Shown: positions 50,046 to 59,232, counted from the first letter of the stretch. The stretch: DNA of 64,000 nt from Cytophagales bacterium (GCA_020403045.1 JADBYK010000025.1:71136-135135); one strand, 5' to 3'. Notes: generated by a model from the sequence alone, not told the origin. Numbers and translations are program-made.

Positions 50046-52448
50046 ATGAACTACACGTTTACCTTACTTTTACTTTTTAGACTGTCAATGTCCTTTGGCC
50101 AATCGTGTGACTTTACACTTTCAGGCAAGGTCTCTGATGAGATGGGGAACCCATTAGTTGGAGCAACAATTTTGCTAGCGAAGCAAAATAGAGGAGAGGT
50201 AGCAGACGAAAATGGATTCTTCGAATTCAATAAACTTTGCAGCGGGAAATATCAAATTGAAGTCAGGTTTGTTGGTTTCAAAACGATTTCAAGTAGCGTT
50301 AAACTTTCTGCCAACAAAGTTTGGAATGTAACATTGCAAAGTGATAGCACCGCGCTGAATGAAGTAGTCATTTCAGAAAAGCACGTTGAGTTGGCAGCTA
50401 CCTCCACCTATAGTTCGCTTTCTGGAAAAGCACTCGAAGAAACATTAGGCAAATCATTGGGGGAATCGCTGCGCGAAATTCCGGGAGTCAATACCATTCA
50501 AACAGGCCCTGCTATTTTCAAACCAGTGATTCATGGCGTGCATAGCCAACGGGTGTTAATCTTAAACAACGGCATCCGCCAAGAAGGACAAAACTGGGGC
50601 GCGGAGCATGCACCCGAAGTCGATCAGTTTATTGCATCGAACATCATCGTAATTAAAGATGCTGCGGCCATCAAGTATGGAGCTGATGCGTTGGGTGGAG
50701 TGGTGCTGGTGAACCCCGCTAAGGTACCGACCCAAGCCGGGCTGGGTGGACAAGTACATGTAATCGGTGCGACTAACAATGGATCGGGTGTACTTTCTGG
50801 ATATTTGGAAGGTGGGCTGAAAAAGTTGCCGGGATTTGGTTGGCGCGCTCAAGGCACAATCAAAAAGGCAGGCGACTCACGCACAGCCAACTATGTGTTA
50901 TCCAACACAGGTTTTGAAGAACAGAATTTTTCTATTGCCACGGCTTATCACTCCGAAAAAAAAGGAGTCGATATTTTCTATAGCCACTTCAACACTTCAA
51001 TTGGAATTTTGCGAGGCACGGCCGTGGAGACTGCAGAAGACCTGGCTAATGCAATCGAGCGAGAACCGCCTCAGTACACGTCTCCATTCACGTATGACAT
51101 TAAGCAACCTCGCCAATCGGTACAACATGATTTGCTTAAGGTAAATGCGCATTTAGCAGAAGGTAAAAATGAATTCCGTTTGCAATATGGATTTCAAAAC
51201 AACAGGCGTAGAGAATTTGATTTTCGATTAGGTGCTGCCTTGTCCGACATACCCGCGCTCGGGTTTCAGTTACAAACGCACACACTCGATGCCGATTGGG
51301 AGCGCTCACATTCTACAAAGTTTCAAAGTTGCTGGGGTGTGAACATCCTCTATCAAAGCAACAGTAAGATCGATGGCACTCAAACAATTCCTTTCATCCC
51401 TAATTTTGATCACTATACAGCTGGTGTTTTTGCTGTTGAAAAATTGACACTAAATGACTGGGTGGTAGAGCTTGGTCTTCGCTATGACTTCAAAAAGTAT
51501 GATGTGATCGGTTTTAATTTTCAGAATAGACTCTATCGATCAAACATCGACTTTCAGAACTTTAGCGGTACTTTTTCGACAAAACGAAAGCTCGGAAATT
51601 TTTCTTCATTAACTACCTCAATAAGCAATGCATGGAGGCCTCCCAATATGGCAGAGCTGTATAGCCTGGGAACGCACCAAAGTGCGGCAGCGATTGAGTA
51701 TGGATTATTGTTGGACGAAAAAACATCGGAAGTAAAAGAATATACTGCTACTGGTGCAAGAGTAGAAAAAGCCTTTAAGGGGGTAGTCGGTTACAAAATT
51801 GAAAAGCAGAAATTCACCACAGAGTTAACAGGTTACGTCAACTACATTTTCGATTTTATTTACCTGCGTCCGCGTGGAGTAACCGAAGGTCTGCGAGGAA
51901 TTTTCCCGTATTTCCGATACACTCAAACAGATGCTTCTTTTATTGGTTTCGATCTGTTCTCAGTATATCAACTCAATCGACAGCTGACACTTACTGGGAA
52001 GGCCTCACTACTACGAGCCACCGATGAGACTCAAAACGATTTCCTGATCTTCATTCCATCCAATCGAGCCGATATAGGTTTGCGTTACGACTCAAAGCCA
52101 ATAAAAAAATTCAGTTGGAATGCCGAAATAAAGATTCGCTGGGTGGGCATGCAAAACCGCGCGCCACAAGTAATTACACCCCGCGAAATTATTGAAGCTC
52201 AAAAACAAGGCATCGATATAATTGCGCAGCGACCGGACAATTTTGATTTTGCCCCTGCCCCGGATAGTTATTTCTTATCATCACTTGGACTAGGCGCCAC
52301 ATGGAAACTCGAAAAATCGAAGTGGGATATTCGCCTCTCCTGCGATAACCTGACCAACGAAGCCTACCGCGAATACACCAACCGCTTAAGGTATTTTGCC
52401 GATGATGTAGGCCAAAATATCACATTAGGCATTCATTTTAGCTTTTAG
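50046..52448 (+). CDS. TonB-dependent receptor, probably for zinc or another metal
   Basis: Plug KPVIHGVHSQR...WGAEHAPEVD, loop LGTHQSAA, and C-terminal RYFADDVGQNITLGIHFSF. Confidence 0.92.
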   Translation: MNYTFTLLLLFRLSMSFGQSCDFTLSGKVSDEMGNPLVGATILLAKQNRGEVADENGFFEFNKLCSGKYQIEVRFVGFKTISSSVKLSANKVWNVTLQSDSTALNEVVISEKHVELAATSTYSSLSGKALEETLGKSLGESLREIPGVNTIQTGPAIFKPVIHGVHSQRVLILNNGIRQEGQNWGAEHAPEVDQFIASNIIVIKDAAAIKYGADALGGVVLVNPAKVPTQAGLGGQVHVIGATNNGSGVLSGYLEGGLKKLPGFGWRAQGTIKKAGDSRTANYVLSNTGFEEQNFSIATAYHSEKKGVDIFYSHFNTSIGILRGTAVETAEDLANAIEREPPQYTSPFTYDIKQPRQSVQHDLLKVNAHLAEGKNEFRLQYGFQNNRRREFDFRLGAALSDIPALGFQLQTHTLDADWERSHSTKFQSCWGVNILYQSNSKIDGTQTIPFIPNFDHYTAGVFAVEKLTLNDWVVELGLRYDFKKYDVIGFNFQNRLYRSNIDFQNFSGTFSTKRKLGNFSSLTTSISNAWRPPNMAELYSLGTHQSAAAIEYGLLLDEKTSEVKEYTATGARVEKAFKGVVGYKIEKQKFTTELTGYVNYIFDFIYLRPRGVTEGLRGIFPYFRYTQTDASFIGFDLFSVYQLNRQLTLTGKASLLRATDETQNDFLIFIPSNRADIGLRYDSKPIKKFSWNAEIKIRWVGMQNRAPQVITPREIIEAQKQGIDIIAQRPDNFDFAPAPDSYFLSSLGLGATWKLEKSKWDIRLSCDNLTNEAYREYTNRLRYFADDVGQNITLGIHFSF

Positions 52449-52450
52449 GT

Positions 52451-52493
52451 TTGATTATTCATCAGAAGTAGCTATAATTGCAACATTGTTGCA
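52451..52493 (+). promoter_or_regulatory. Promoter TTG-N19-TATAATTG overlapped by operator 4, TGCAACATTGTTGCA (52479-52493)
   Basis: TTG at 52451-52453, -7 at 52473-52480, then a perfect palindrome. Confidence 0.8.
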
Positions 52494-52507
52494 TTAAATT
52501 AAACTTT

Positions 52508-53110
52508 ATGAAAACCTTTCGATTTATTTGTTTGCTATTGGTAGCCGGCTCGCTTTTGTTTTTGGCTGGCTGTAAAAAAGATGACCCGAAACCTGAGAAT
52601 ATACCAGAAGCGATAACCAAGGCTACTCTGACTTTTACGCCAGCAGGCGGTGCAGCTGTAATAGTAACAGCCACAGACCCAGATGGAGATGGTCCACTGC
52701 CACGTACGTTAAGCGGCCCCATCAACTTGGTGAAAAATGTTTCCTACACGCTCAAGATCACATTGATCAATGAATTGGCCAAGCCAACAGATCCTGAATA
52801 TGATATTACTGAAGAAGTTGAAGAGGAAGCAGATGAGCATATGTTCTTTTTTGCCTGGACCAACAATACGTTTTCTAATCCAACAGGAAATGGAAACATT
52901 GATGGCCGAGGTGACCCGGTAAACTATATCGACAGCGATGCTAAGGGATTGCCTTTAGGTTTGGAGACCAGTTGGACGACCATCAACACTGCTGGAAACG
53001 GTACTTTCCGAGTGATTTTAAAACACCAACCTGATTTAAAATCAGCTACCACTACTTCTAATGACGGAGAAAGTGATTTGGATGTGACTTTCAATTTATC
53101 TGTGAATTAA
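52508..53110 (+). CDS. Surface lipoprotein of the family often annotated 'type 1 periplasmic binding fold superfamily'
   Basis: Lipobox LAGC followed by KKDD. EEADEHMFFF, DS..LPLGL and LKHQP. ATG 52508. Confidence 0.8.
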   Translation: MKTFRFICLLLVAGSLLFLAGCKKDDPKPENIPEAITKATLTFTPAGGAAVIVTATDPDGDGPLPRTLSGPINLVKNVSYTLKITLINELAKPTDPEYDITEEVEEEADEHMFFFAWTNNTFSNPTGNGNIDGRGDPVNYIDSDAKGLPLGLETSWTTINTAGNGTFRVILKHQPDLKSATTTSNDGESDLDVTFNLSVN

Positions 53111-53113
53111 ACC

Positions 53114-53230
53114 CAAACTATGCATTAGGAATGCATAGTTTGCCCAGGGGGTTGACGATCCGCCTGAGGCGGATGTCAAGGTTAAACCTCGTGACGCTTG
53201 CGGTCAGAGTCAGACATTTATCTTCTGACC
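53114..53230. repeat. Cluster of three hairpins (REP/MITE-like)
   Basis: CAAACTATGCAT/ATGCATAGTTTG; TTGAC-ATCCGCC/GGCGGAT-GTCAA; GGTCAGA/TCTGACC. Confidence 0.6.
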
Positions 53231-53355
53231 TGAAAATGAAAATCACCAACTTGGTTTTCTTACTTGGGGCTAAATCGTTGATTTTCATTCGTCAATTATC
53301 CAATTGAATTTCTATTGCATAATCTGGGTTAAAATATTCTCTTTTTTGAGTAAAG

Positions 53356-53382
53356 GCTCGGCATCATTGCCGAGCTTTTTTT
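53356..53382 (+). terminator. Intrinsic terminator
   Basis: GCTCGGCA-TCAT-TGCCGAGC followed by T7. Confidence 0.8.
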
Positions 53383-53448
53383 GTTGTAGTCGCTAACAGA
53401 ATACGAAGTAAACAGAATTGTTAACTTTGATATACAAATCAAATAACT

Positions 53449-53688
53449 ATGGATCTTCAAACGGAGAAATTAGACATTATCAAATGGATTGCGGGGGTTA
53501 ACGAGAGAAAGATCATCAAACAATTTGCATTGCTGAAAGAAATGAATCAGAAAATGGCATCAGTTAAACTTGATCCGTTCGAGAAGCAAGCCATCGATGC
53601 AGGCCTCGATTCGATGGAAAAAGGTGGATTCAAATCCCATGAAGAAGTGAAAGACGCAACAAAGAAAAAATACACTCATTTGTTTTAG
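53449..53688 (+). CDS. Putative antitoxin (addiction module component)
   Basis: 79 aa ending G..SHEEV...KKKY, directly before a RelE/ParE-like gene. TAACTTTG -7 element at 53422-53429. Confidence 0.7.
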   Translation: MDLQTEKLDIIKWIAGVNERKIIKQFALLKEMNQKMASVKLDPFEKQAIDAGLDSMEKGGFKSHEEVKDATKKKYTHLF

Positions 53689-53701
53689 GCAATTTGATGC
53701 T

Positions 53702-53988
53702 ATGCATGTCGTTTGGACAGACGAGGCCTTGGCAGATTATCATCAGAACATAGATTTTTTATTAAAAGAATTCACTGACCAAGTTGCATTGGATTTCATA
53801 GAAGATGTTGATTAGTTATTTCACTAATCGTATCTCGTCCGGAATTGTTTCCACTAACAGACTATCGAGGGATACGGAAAGTTGTAGTCCGTAAACAAAT
53901 AACATTGTTTTATACGATAAGCAACAATTCTATCCAATTAATTCGCTTTTGGAATAACTATCAAGACCCAAGTAGATTGAAGCTCTAG
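53702..53988 (+). pseudogene. RelE/ParE family toxin with a 1-nt frameshift
   Basis: MHVVWTDEALADYHQNIDFL...FIEDVD*, then in a shifted frame VISLIVSRPELFP...IRKVVVRKQITLFY...LIRFWNNYQDPSRLKL*. ATG to final TAG is 287 nt. Confidence 0.85.
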
Positions 53989-53996
53989 ATCTATCC

Positions 53997-54587
53997 ATGA
54001 CGCTAAACGAATCTTTTGAAGGTTTAAAACAATTCACATTCGCCATTCACCCACTGTCCGATGGAGAATGGACCGACTTCAGCACCATCTGGCAAACGGG
54101 TGAAGCCAAACACAAAACAATACTAACGTCCAAAGGAGAAACGGAGAAGTCTCTATATTTTATTACCGAAGGCGTGCAACGGGCTTACTATTTAACCGCT
54201 GACCACAAAGAAGCCACTATTGTTTTTACGTACCCGTTTTCATTTTCAGGAGTAGCTGATTCTTTTTTAACGCAAACCCCCTCGCTCTATTTCTTTGAGA
54301 CGCTTACCCAAAGTTCATTTTTGAAAACAAGTCATTCAAAAGTGATGGAGTTGTTAGATCAATATCCAAATCTTGAAAGATTGATCAGTCGGGCCACTGC
54401 TTTTGCTTTGAAGGGCGCTTTAGAACGTCAAGTAGAACTTCAAACTTTCTCGGCAGAGCAAAAATTCACTACCCTCCTTACACGCAGTCCGCAGGTATTG
54501 CGATTGATACCTCACAAATACCTGGCGTCATACCTGGGTATTGATGCCGCCACGTTTAGCAAGTTGCTTTCTACTGTTCGAGTGTAA
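53997..54587 (+). CDS. Crp/Fnr family transcriptional regulator
   Basis: cNMP-like LYFITEGVQRAYY and C-terminal IPHKYLASYLGIDAATFS HTH. Confidence 0.9.
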   Translation: MTLNESFEGLKQFTFAIHPLSDGEWTDFSTIWQTGEAKHKTILTSKGETEKSLYFITEGVQRAYYLTADHKEATIVFTYPFSFSGVADSFLTQTPSLYFFETLTQSSFLKTSHSKVMELLDQYPNLERLISRATAFALKGALERQVELQTFSAEQKFTTLLTRSPQVLRLIPHKYLASYLGIDAATFSKLLSTVRV

Positions 54588-54654
54588 ATCTTTGTGTAGG
54601 CAAAGATTTTTATTGTTGTGCCTCCTCACCTTTGAGCCAACAAAAAAATACCAT

Positions 54655-55287
54655 ATGACTAGTTACAATCGGAACACATTAATTGAGAACCTGTTAGACC
54701 AAACAGAAATCATTCTAAAAAAAGCTATTGAGTGGCAAATGATTCCGCACAGTACGTTTGCATTGAGACCAACCTCCGAAAGTTGGAGTGCTAATGAGTG
54801 CCTCCAACACTTGAATAGTTATGGTCGGTTTTATTTACCCGCGATAGAAGGTGTTTTGATTAGATCTGAAGAGAGGGATTCATCCACTCAATTTTCGCCA
54901 GGTTGGTTGGGGAACTATTTTGCCAAACTGATGACGCCTGGAATTGGTGGCAAGCCTTCAAAAAAAATGAACTCTCCGAAGAATCATGCTCCCAAAACAA
55001 TTATTGACAGCCGACTGGTGATTTCTGAGTTTATTGATCAGCAAGAAAAGCTTCTGGCGCTATTGAACACTGCCAAAAAGTTTGACTTAGATACAGTGAA
55101 AGTAGGAATCTCCATTGCTCCCTTTATCAAACTGAAATTGGGAGACGTGTTTAGATTTGTGATTGCTCATCAAGTCAGACACATCTTTCAAGCAGAACGA
55201 GCGTTGGCTAACGCAGGAGTGGTGCAAGAAAAGTTGAAAGTTATTTCTTTGACTTCTCTTGACCGTTCCCTCGTCTTATTTTACTAA
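54655..55287 (+). CDS. DinB family protein
   Basis: WSANECLQHLN and FVIAHQVRHIFQ. ATG 54655. Confidence 0.85.
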   Translation: MTSYNRNTLIENLLDQTEIILKKAIEWQMIPHSTFALRPTSESWSANECLQHLNSYGRFYLPAIEGVLIRSEERDSSTQFSPGWLGNYFAKLMTPGIGGKPSKKMNSPKNHAPKTIIDSRLVISEFIDQQEKLLALLNTAKKFDLDTVKVGISIAPFIKLKLGDVFRFVIAHQVRHIFQAERALANAGVVQEKLKVISLTSLDRSLVLFY

Positions 55288-56010
55288 AAATTGTTTTAGG
55301 TCTTCCAACTTAAGAATGCCTTCGTAATACGCCTTACCAAAGATGACGGCAAAGATGCCCATGTCATTCAGTTTCTTTATGTCATCTGCACCTCGCACGC
55401 CACCGCTGGCTAAGATTTGAAGATCGGGAAACTGATTTTTGATCTCCTGATAGAACGAAAATGCAGGCCCTTCCAACACTCCATCGCGGGATATATCTGT
55501 ACATTTTGCGTACTTCAATCCCTTGTCATAAAAAAATTGAAGATGCTCAAAGAGATTCACCTCTGATTTGTTCTGCCATCCGCGAAAGGCCACCTTCTTG
55601 GTAATGATATCGGTAACATCCGCGCCTAGTGTCATCTTCTCACGACCATAAGAAACGATCCACGATGCGAAAAGCTCAGGTTTGGCAATAGCAATACTAG
55701 ATGCTGTGATATAATCTGCGCCATAGTTATAGGCGTTTCCAATATCTCCATCTGTATTGATACCCCCGGTAAAATCTAATTTCAAATCGGTATATCCTGC
55801 AATTTGTTCTAGTACGTGAAGATTCTTAGGAGCACCCGTTTCAGCTCCATCCAAATCTACAAGATGGAGTACCTCAATGCCATGATCCTCAAACCGCTTG
55901 GCTAAATCAACGGGATTCTCTTCGTAGGCTTTCTCACTGGCAGGGTCGCCTTTGCGCATTTTTACAACTCTACCTTTGCGAATGGCAATGGACGGAATTA
56001 CTTGAATCAT
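55276..56010 (-). CDS. HisA-like TIM barrel, N-terminal catalytic Asp replaced
   Basis: LHLVDLDGA, TDISRDG and ASGGV are present, but the N-terminus is VIPSIAI rather than IIPAIDL. Confidence 0.85.
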   Translation of the reverse strand: MIQVIPSIAIRKGRVVKMRKGDPASEKAYEENPVDLAKRFEDHGIEVLHLVDLDGAETGAPKNLHVLEQIAGYTDLKLDFTGGINTDGDIGNAYNYGADYITASSIAIAKPELFASWIVSYGREKMTLGADVTDIITKKVAFRGWQNKSEVNLFEHLQFFYDKGLKYAKCTDISRDGVLEGPAFSFYQEIKNQFPDLQILASGGVRGADDIKKLNDMGIFAVIFGKAYYEGILKLEDLKQFLVK

Positions 56011-56028
56011 TATAAAAAAATTAGGTGT

Positions 56029-56580
56029 CTATTTTGCTGAAAAAGGGGCTGCTACGAGTGTTTTGTCCCATATAAAAACCAGTTCCATTTCCTCGCCCGT
56101 CTTTTCAATTGATATCGTGAACTGTTCAAACTCTTTTTCTTGCAGGACAACCGGTGCCGTTATGGTAAGCACGTCCTTTTCTGGTTTCCGCAGAGTCTGT
56201 CCATCGAAGCCCATCCCCCATAGTGGCACATCCGAATTAAATATTATACCCCACGAGATTTCATCAGGAATTGTCCAAAGGCTATACTTGCCTTTCGGCA
56301 AGATCCTCCCTTCAAAATTCAGATCTCTGTTAGCCACAAAAACAGTAGCTTCGTTAGCTCCTGTCCTCCACACTTTGCCAAATGGCACTAGCCCATCTTT
56401 TGCAAAAATAACTCTGCCTTTCTTATGTGGTCTGTTGTAGAATACGTCCACTTTCAAATCGCCATTCGAGAAAGAAACGGTGCCCTCTTGACTGTACGAC
56501 TTTGTACGAGTAACCATAGCGTAAACTATTACCGCCAACACAACCGCTACTATACCCAGAATTAACAAAAATCTTCTCAT
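56029..56580 (-). CDS. DUF2911 domain protein
   Basis: YNRPHKKGRVIF, VPFGKVWRTGANEAT and GKYSLWTIP. Confidence 0.9.
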   Translation of the reverse strand: MRRFLLILGIVAVVLAVIVYAMVTRTKSYSQEGTVSFSNGDLKVDVFYNRPHKKGRVIFAKDGLVPFGKVWRTGANEATVFVANRDLNFEGRILPKGKYSLWTIPDEISWGIIFNSDVPLWGMGFDGQTLRKPEKDVLTITAPVVLQEKEFEQFTISIEKTGEEMELVFIWDKTLVAAPFSAK

Positions 56581-56678
56581 GTTGCTTCAAAGAAATAGAA
56601 TCCTAGTTAATATTTAGCTCTCAATTTGCAAATAATTAATGTTATCCGTTTACTTTTGGCTAATAAACATTTTTTACC

Positions 56679-56786
56679 ATGGCAGTTTTTGGAGTTGTTA
56701 TAGCCCTTTTCATTTTAGCTATCCTGTCTATCTGGCTATTTCCCAATAGCAAAGTAAGCGACAACGAACACGATGTGAAGCACTAG
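56679..56786 (+). CDS. Small single-pass membrane protein (35 aa)
   Basis: MAVFGVVIALFILAILSIWLFPNSKVSDNEHDVKH*. TACTTTTG -7 element at 56651-56658. Stop lies 8 nt before the next ATG. Confidence 0.6.
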   Translation: MAVFGVVIALFILAILSIWLFPNSKVSDNEHDVKH

Positions 56787-56794
56787 TTTCCCAA

Positions 56795-57346
56795 ATGAAT
56801 ATCTGCGTATTCTGCGGATCTTCAGTAGGCAGTGAAGCCATCTACGCGGCTTCTGCACAAGGGCTGGGGTTTTTGCTTGCCCAATCTAATTCTACACTTA
56901 TTTACGGAGGCGGTAATGTAGGCCTTATGGGTATTTTGGCCGATGCCGTTTTGACCAATGGAGGAAAAGTAATTGGCGTAATTCCTGATTTTTTGCTGCG
57001 CAGAGAAGTCGCTCACCACGGGATCACCCAATTGGAGGTGGTAGACAGCATGCATGAGCGAAAACGAAGAATGGCCGATCTGGCGGACGCATTTATTGCG
57101 TTACCCGGAGGATGGGGGACCTTGGATGAACTGGCTGAAATACTTACCTGGAGACAATTAGGACTAATCAGCTCCCCGATCGGATTGCTTAATGTCAATG
57201 GCTACTTCGATCACTTAGTAGAGCAAATGAAAGTGATGACAAGGGATGGGTTTTTGGCCGATACCAATTTAGCCTCATTAGAAATTTCCGATTCCCCCAT
57301 TTCTCTGCTAACCCAATTGGGTGTATATTCCGTTCAAGGCACATAG
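56795..57346 (+). CDS. LOG family protein (TIGR00730 Rossmann fold)
   Basis: CVFCGSS, YGGGNVGLMG and PGGWGTLDE. Confidence 0.93.
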   Translation: MNICVFCGSSVGSEAIYAASAQGLGFLLAQSNSTLIYGGGNVGLMGILADAVLTNGGKVIGVIPDFLLRREVAHHGITQLEVVDSMHERKRRMADLADAFIALPGGWGTLDELAEILTWRQLGLISSPIGLLNVNGYFDHLVEQMKVMTRDGFLADTNLASLEISDSPISLLTQLGVYSVQGT

Positions 57347-57388
57347 CCTTATTCAAAAAAGCAGTAGCTTTCCAGAAGGGTCTCCCGT

Positions 57389-58633
57389 ATGCTTAAAGCT
57401 ATTATTGGTTGTCTTTGTTTGGTGATTTGCGTAGGCCAGTTGGCTAACGCGCAAACACAAATCTTGGGATTTTCGATGCCTCCGGGCATAGAAAAAGTGG
57501 AGATTCCCATAGAGATCCACAATAACCTCGTGGTGGTGCCGGTCATTATCAACAACCAACTGCCCTTAAAATTTATCATCGACACGGGAGTTCGAACAGC
57601 GATACTTACAGAAAAAGTATATAGCGACATTCTTAATTTATCTTATTCGCGCAAGTATACACTGTCGGGCCCTGGGGGCCAGAAACTAGTTGATGCTTAC
57701 ATCACGAGTAATGTAACGTTGGACATGCCGGGCATACATGGCGAAGGTCACTCACTGCTCGTGTTAGATGAAGACTATTTGGAATTAAAAAACTCTATGG
57801 GTACGGAAGTACACGGGATTTTGGGCTATGAACTGTTCAGTCGGTTTGTTGTAAAAGTCGACTACTCGAACAAGCGACTTACCTTAATGCTCCCCGGTGG
57901 ATTTCATCCTCGAAAAAAATATGATGTGATTCCCATTACCGTTGAGGATACCAAACCTTTCGTACAGGCAAAAGTGCAAATCAGTGATACAACAACAATC
58001 AATGGAAAGTTTCTCGTTGATTCCGGGGCAAGCCATGGGCTACTTTTAGAAACATTATCTGATCCGCGCATCGTAGTGCCAACCAAAAATATTGATGCAA
58101 TTCTGGGAAGAGGGATTGGAGGAGTCTTGAGAGGCAAGATTGCGCGAATTCGGTCTTTCACGTTAGGAAAAAATAAAACGAATGACCTCATCACTCATTT
58201 TCCGGACGACTATGCCTACAGCGACTCGCTGCGAAAAGGAAGGTTTACCTTTAGAAACGGCTCGATCGGTGGGGAAATACTAAGCCGCTTTACCGTTATT
58301 TTCGATTTCCCAAATGAAAAGTTGTATCTGAAAAAGAATATTTCTTTCAAAAAGAAATATTACTACAATCTCAGCGGCTTGACCGTACGAGCCACCGGCA
58401 TTCGATTGCAGACCTACGAGATTTCAGATGTGCGTGACAACACTACCGCACAAAGAGCAGGGCTGCTTCGAGGCGATCAAATTGTCGCCATCAATGGAGT
58501 GTCTGTCATTGGCTATGAGCTGAACAATATCAACGACTTTTTGAATTCAAAACCCGGCAAAAAGATACGTGTTGAGGTGAAACGTAAAGGTGAAAAAATT
58601 AAAAAAACCTTTGTGCTGGAAAGTCAGATTTAG
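57389..58633 (+). CDS. Retropepsin-like aspartyl protease with C-terminal PDZ domain
   Basis: Two catalytic motifs (FIIDTG and FLVDSG) and PDZ AQRAGLLRGDQIVAING. Confidence 0.9.
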   Translation: MLKAIIGCLCLVICVGQLANAQTQILGFSMPPGIEKVEIPIEIHNNLVVVPVIINNQLPLKFIIDTGVRTAILTEKVYSDILNLSYSRKYTLSGPGGQKLVDAYITSNVTLDMPGIHGEGHSLLVLDEDYLELKNSMGTEVHGILGYELFSRFVVKVDYSNKRLTLMLPGGFHPRKKYDVIPITVEDTKPFVQAKVQISDTTTINGKFLVDSGASHGLLLETLSDPRIVVPTKNIDAILGRGIGGVLRGKIARIRSFTLGKNKTNDLITHFPDDYAYSDSLRKGRFTFRNGSIGGEILSRFTVIFDFPNEKLYLKKNISFKKKYYYNLSGLTVRATGIRLQTYEISDVRDNTTAQRAGLLRGDQIVAINGVSVIGYELNNINDFLNSKPGKKIRVEVKRKGEKIKKTFVLESQI

Positions 58634-59097
58634 AATCGACTTGTCAATAGCTGTTTTAGTTTTCCTTTTCTCCGTTGATAGGCTTGCTGCAAAAAGATTT
58701 GTGCCTTAGAGTAGGTTTCCGAATTACTAAGCGCACGATACAAGAGCTCACCGGTCAGATTTGATTTCAACAAATAATTGAAGGTGCCCTCGCAGGTGGT
58801 GTCTTCGTAATTCGAGTTTTTTAGGATTGTAATGGGGATATCTTTCGTAGCTCTCCTGCGGCAGAATGAATTGACAGAGCGAGCTAATTCTTCCTTTCCG
58901 ATATTATCGTCAATAACAATATAGCGGGGTGTAAACGTGGCAAGGCACTGTAAACTGCTCTTTACATCAAATGCGATTTTTGTAATAAACTCTTTCTCCT
59001 TTAGTTGTTTCAGTCGGTCCAGAATATTGCCCAATTCAATGGGATTGTTGCCAACCATCAAAACTGGAATAGAGTTATTGTTTCCTACTGCAAGCAT
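58630..59097 (-). CDS. Atypical stand-alone response-regulator receiver
   Basis: VLMVGNNP, YIVIDDN and YLLKS. ATG 59097. Confidence 0.6.
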   Translation of the reverse strand: MLAVGNNNSIPVLMVGNNPIELGNILDRLKQLKEKEFITKIAFDVKSSLQCLATFTPRYIVIDDNIGKEELARSVNSFCRRRATKDIPITILKNSNYEDTTCEGTFNYLLKSNLTGELLYRALSNSETYSKAQIFLQQAYQRRKGKLKQLLTSRF

Positions 59098-59232
59098 AGC
59101 CAACTTGTTAACGACCAATGAATCATTATGTTTGCCCAATCATAACCCGTTTTTGAAATGATTGCTGGAATTTCATTTTGTTTAACGGTATTTTGATAAA
59201 AATAAGAAAGCGACCAAAAAGATTCAACAAAA

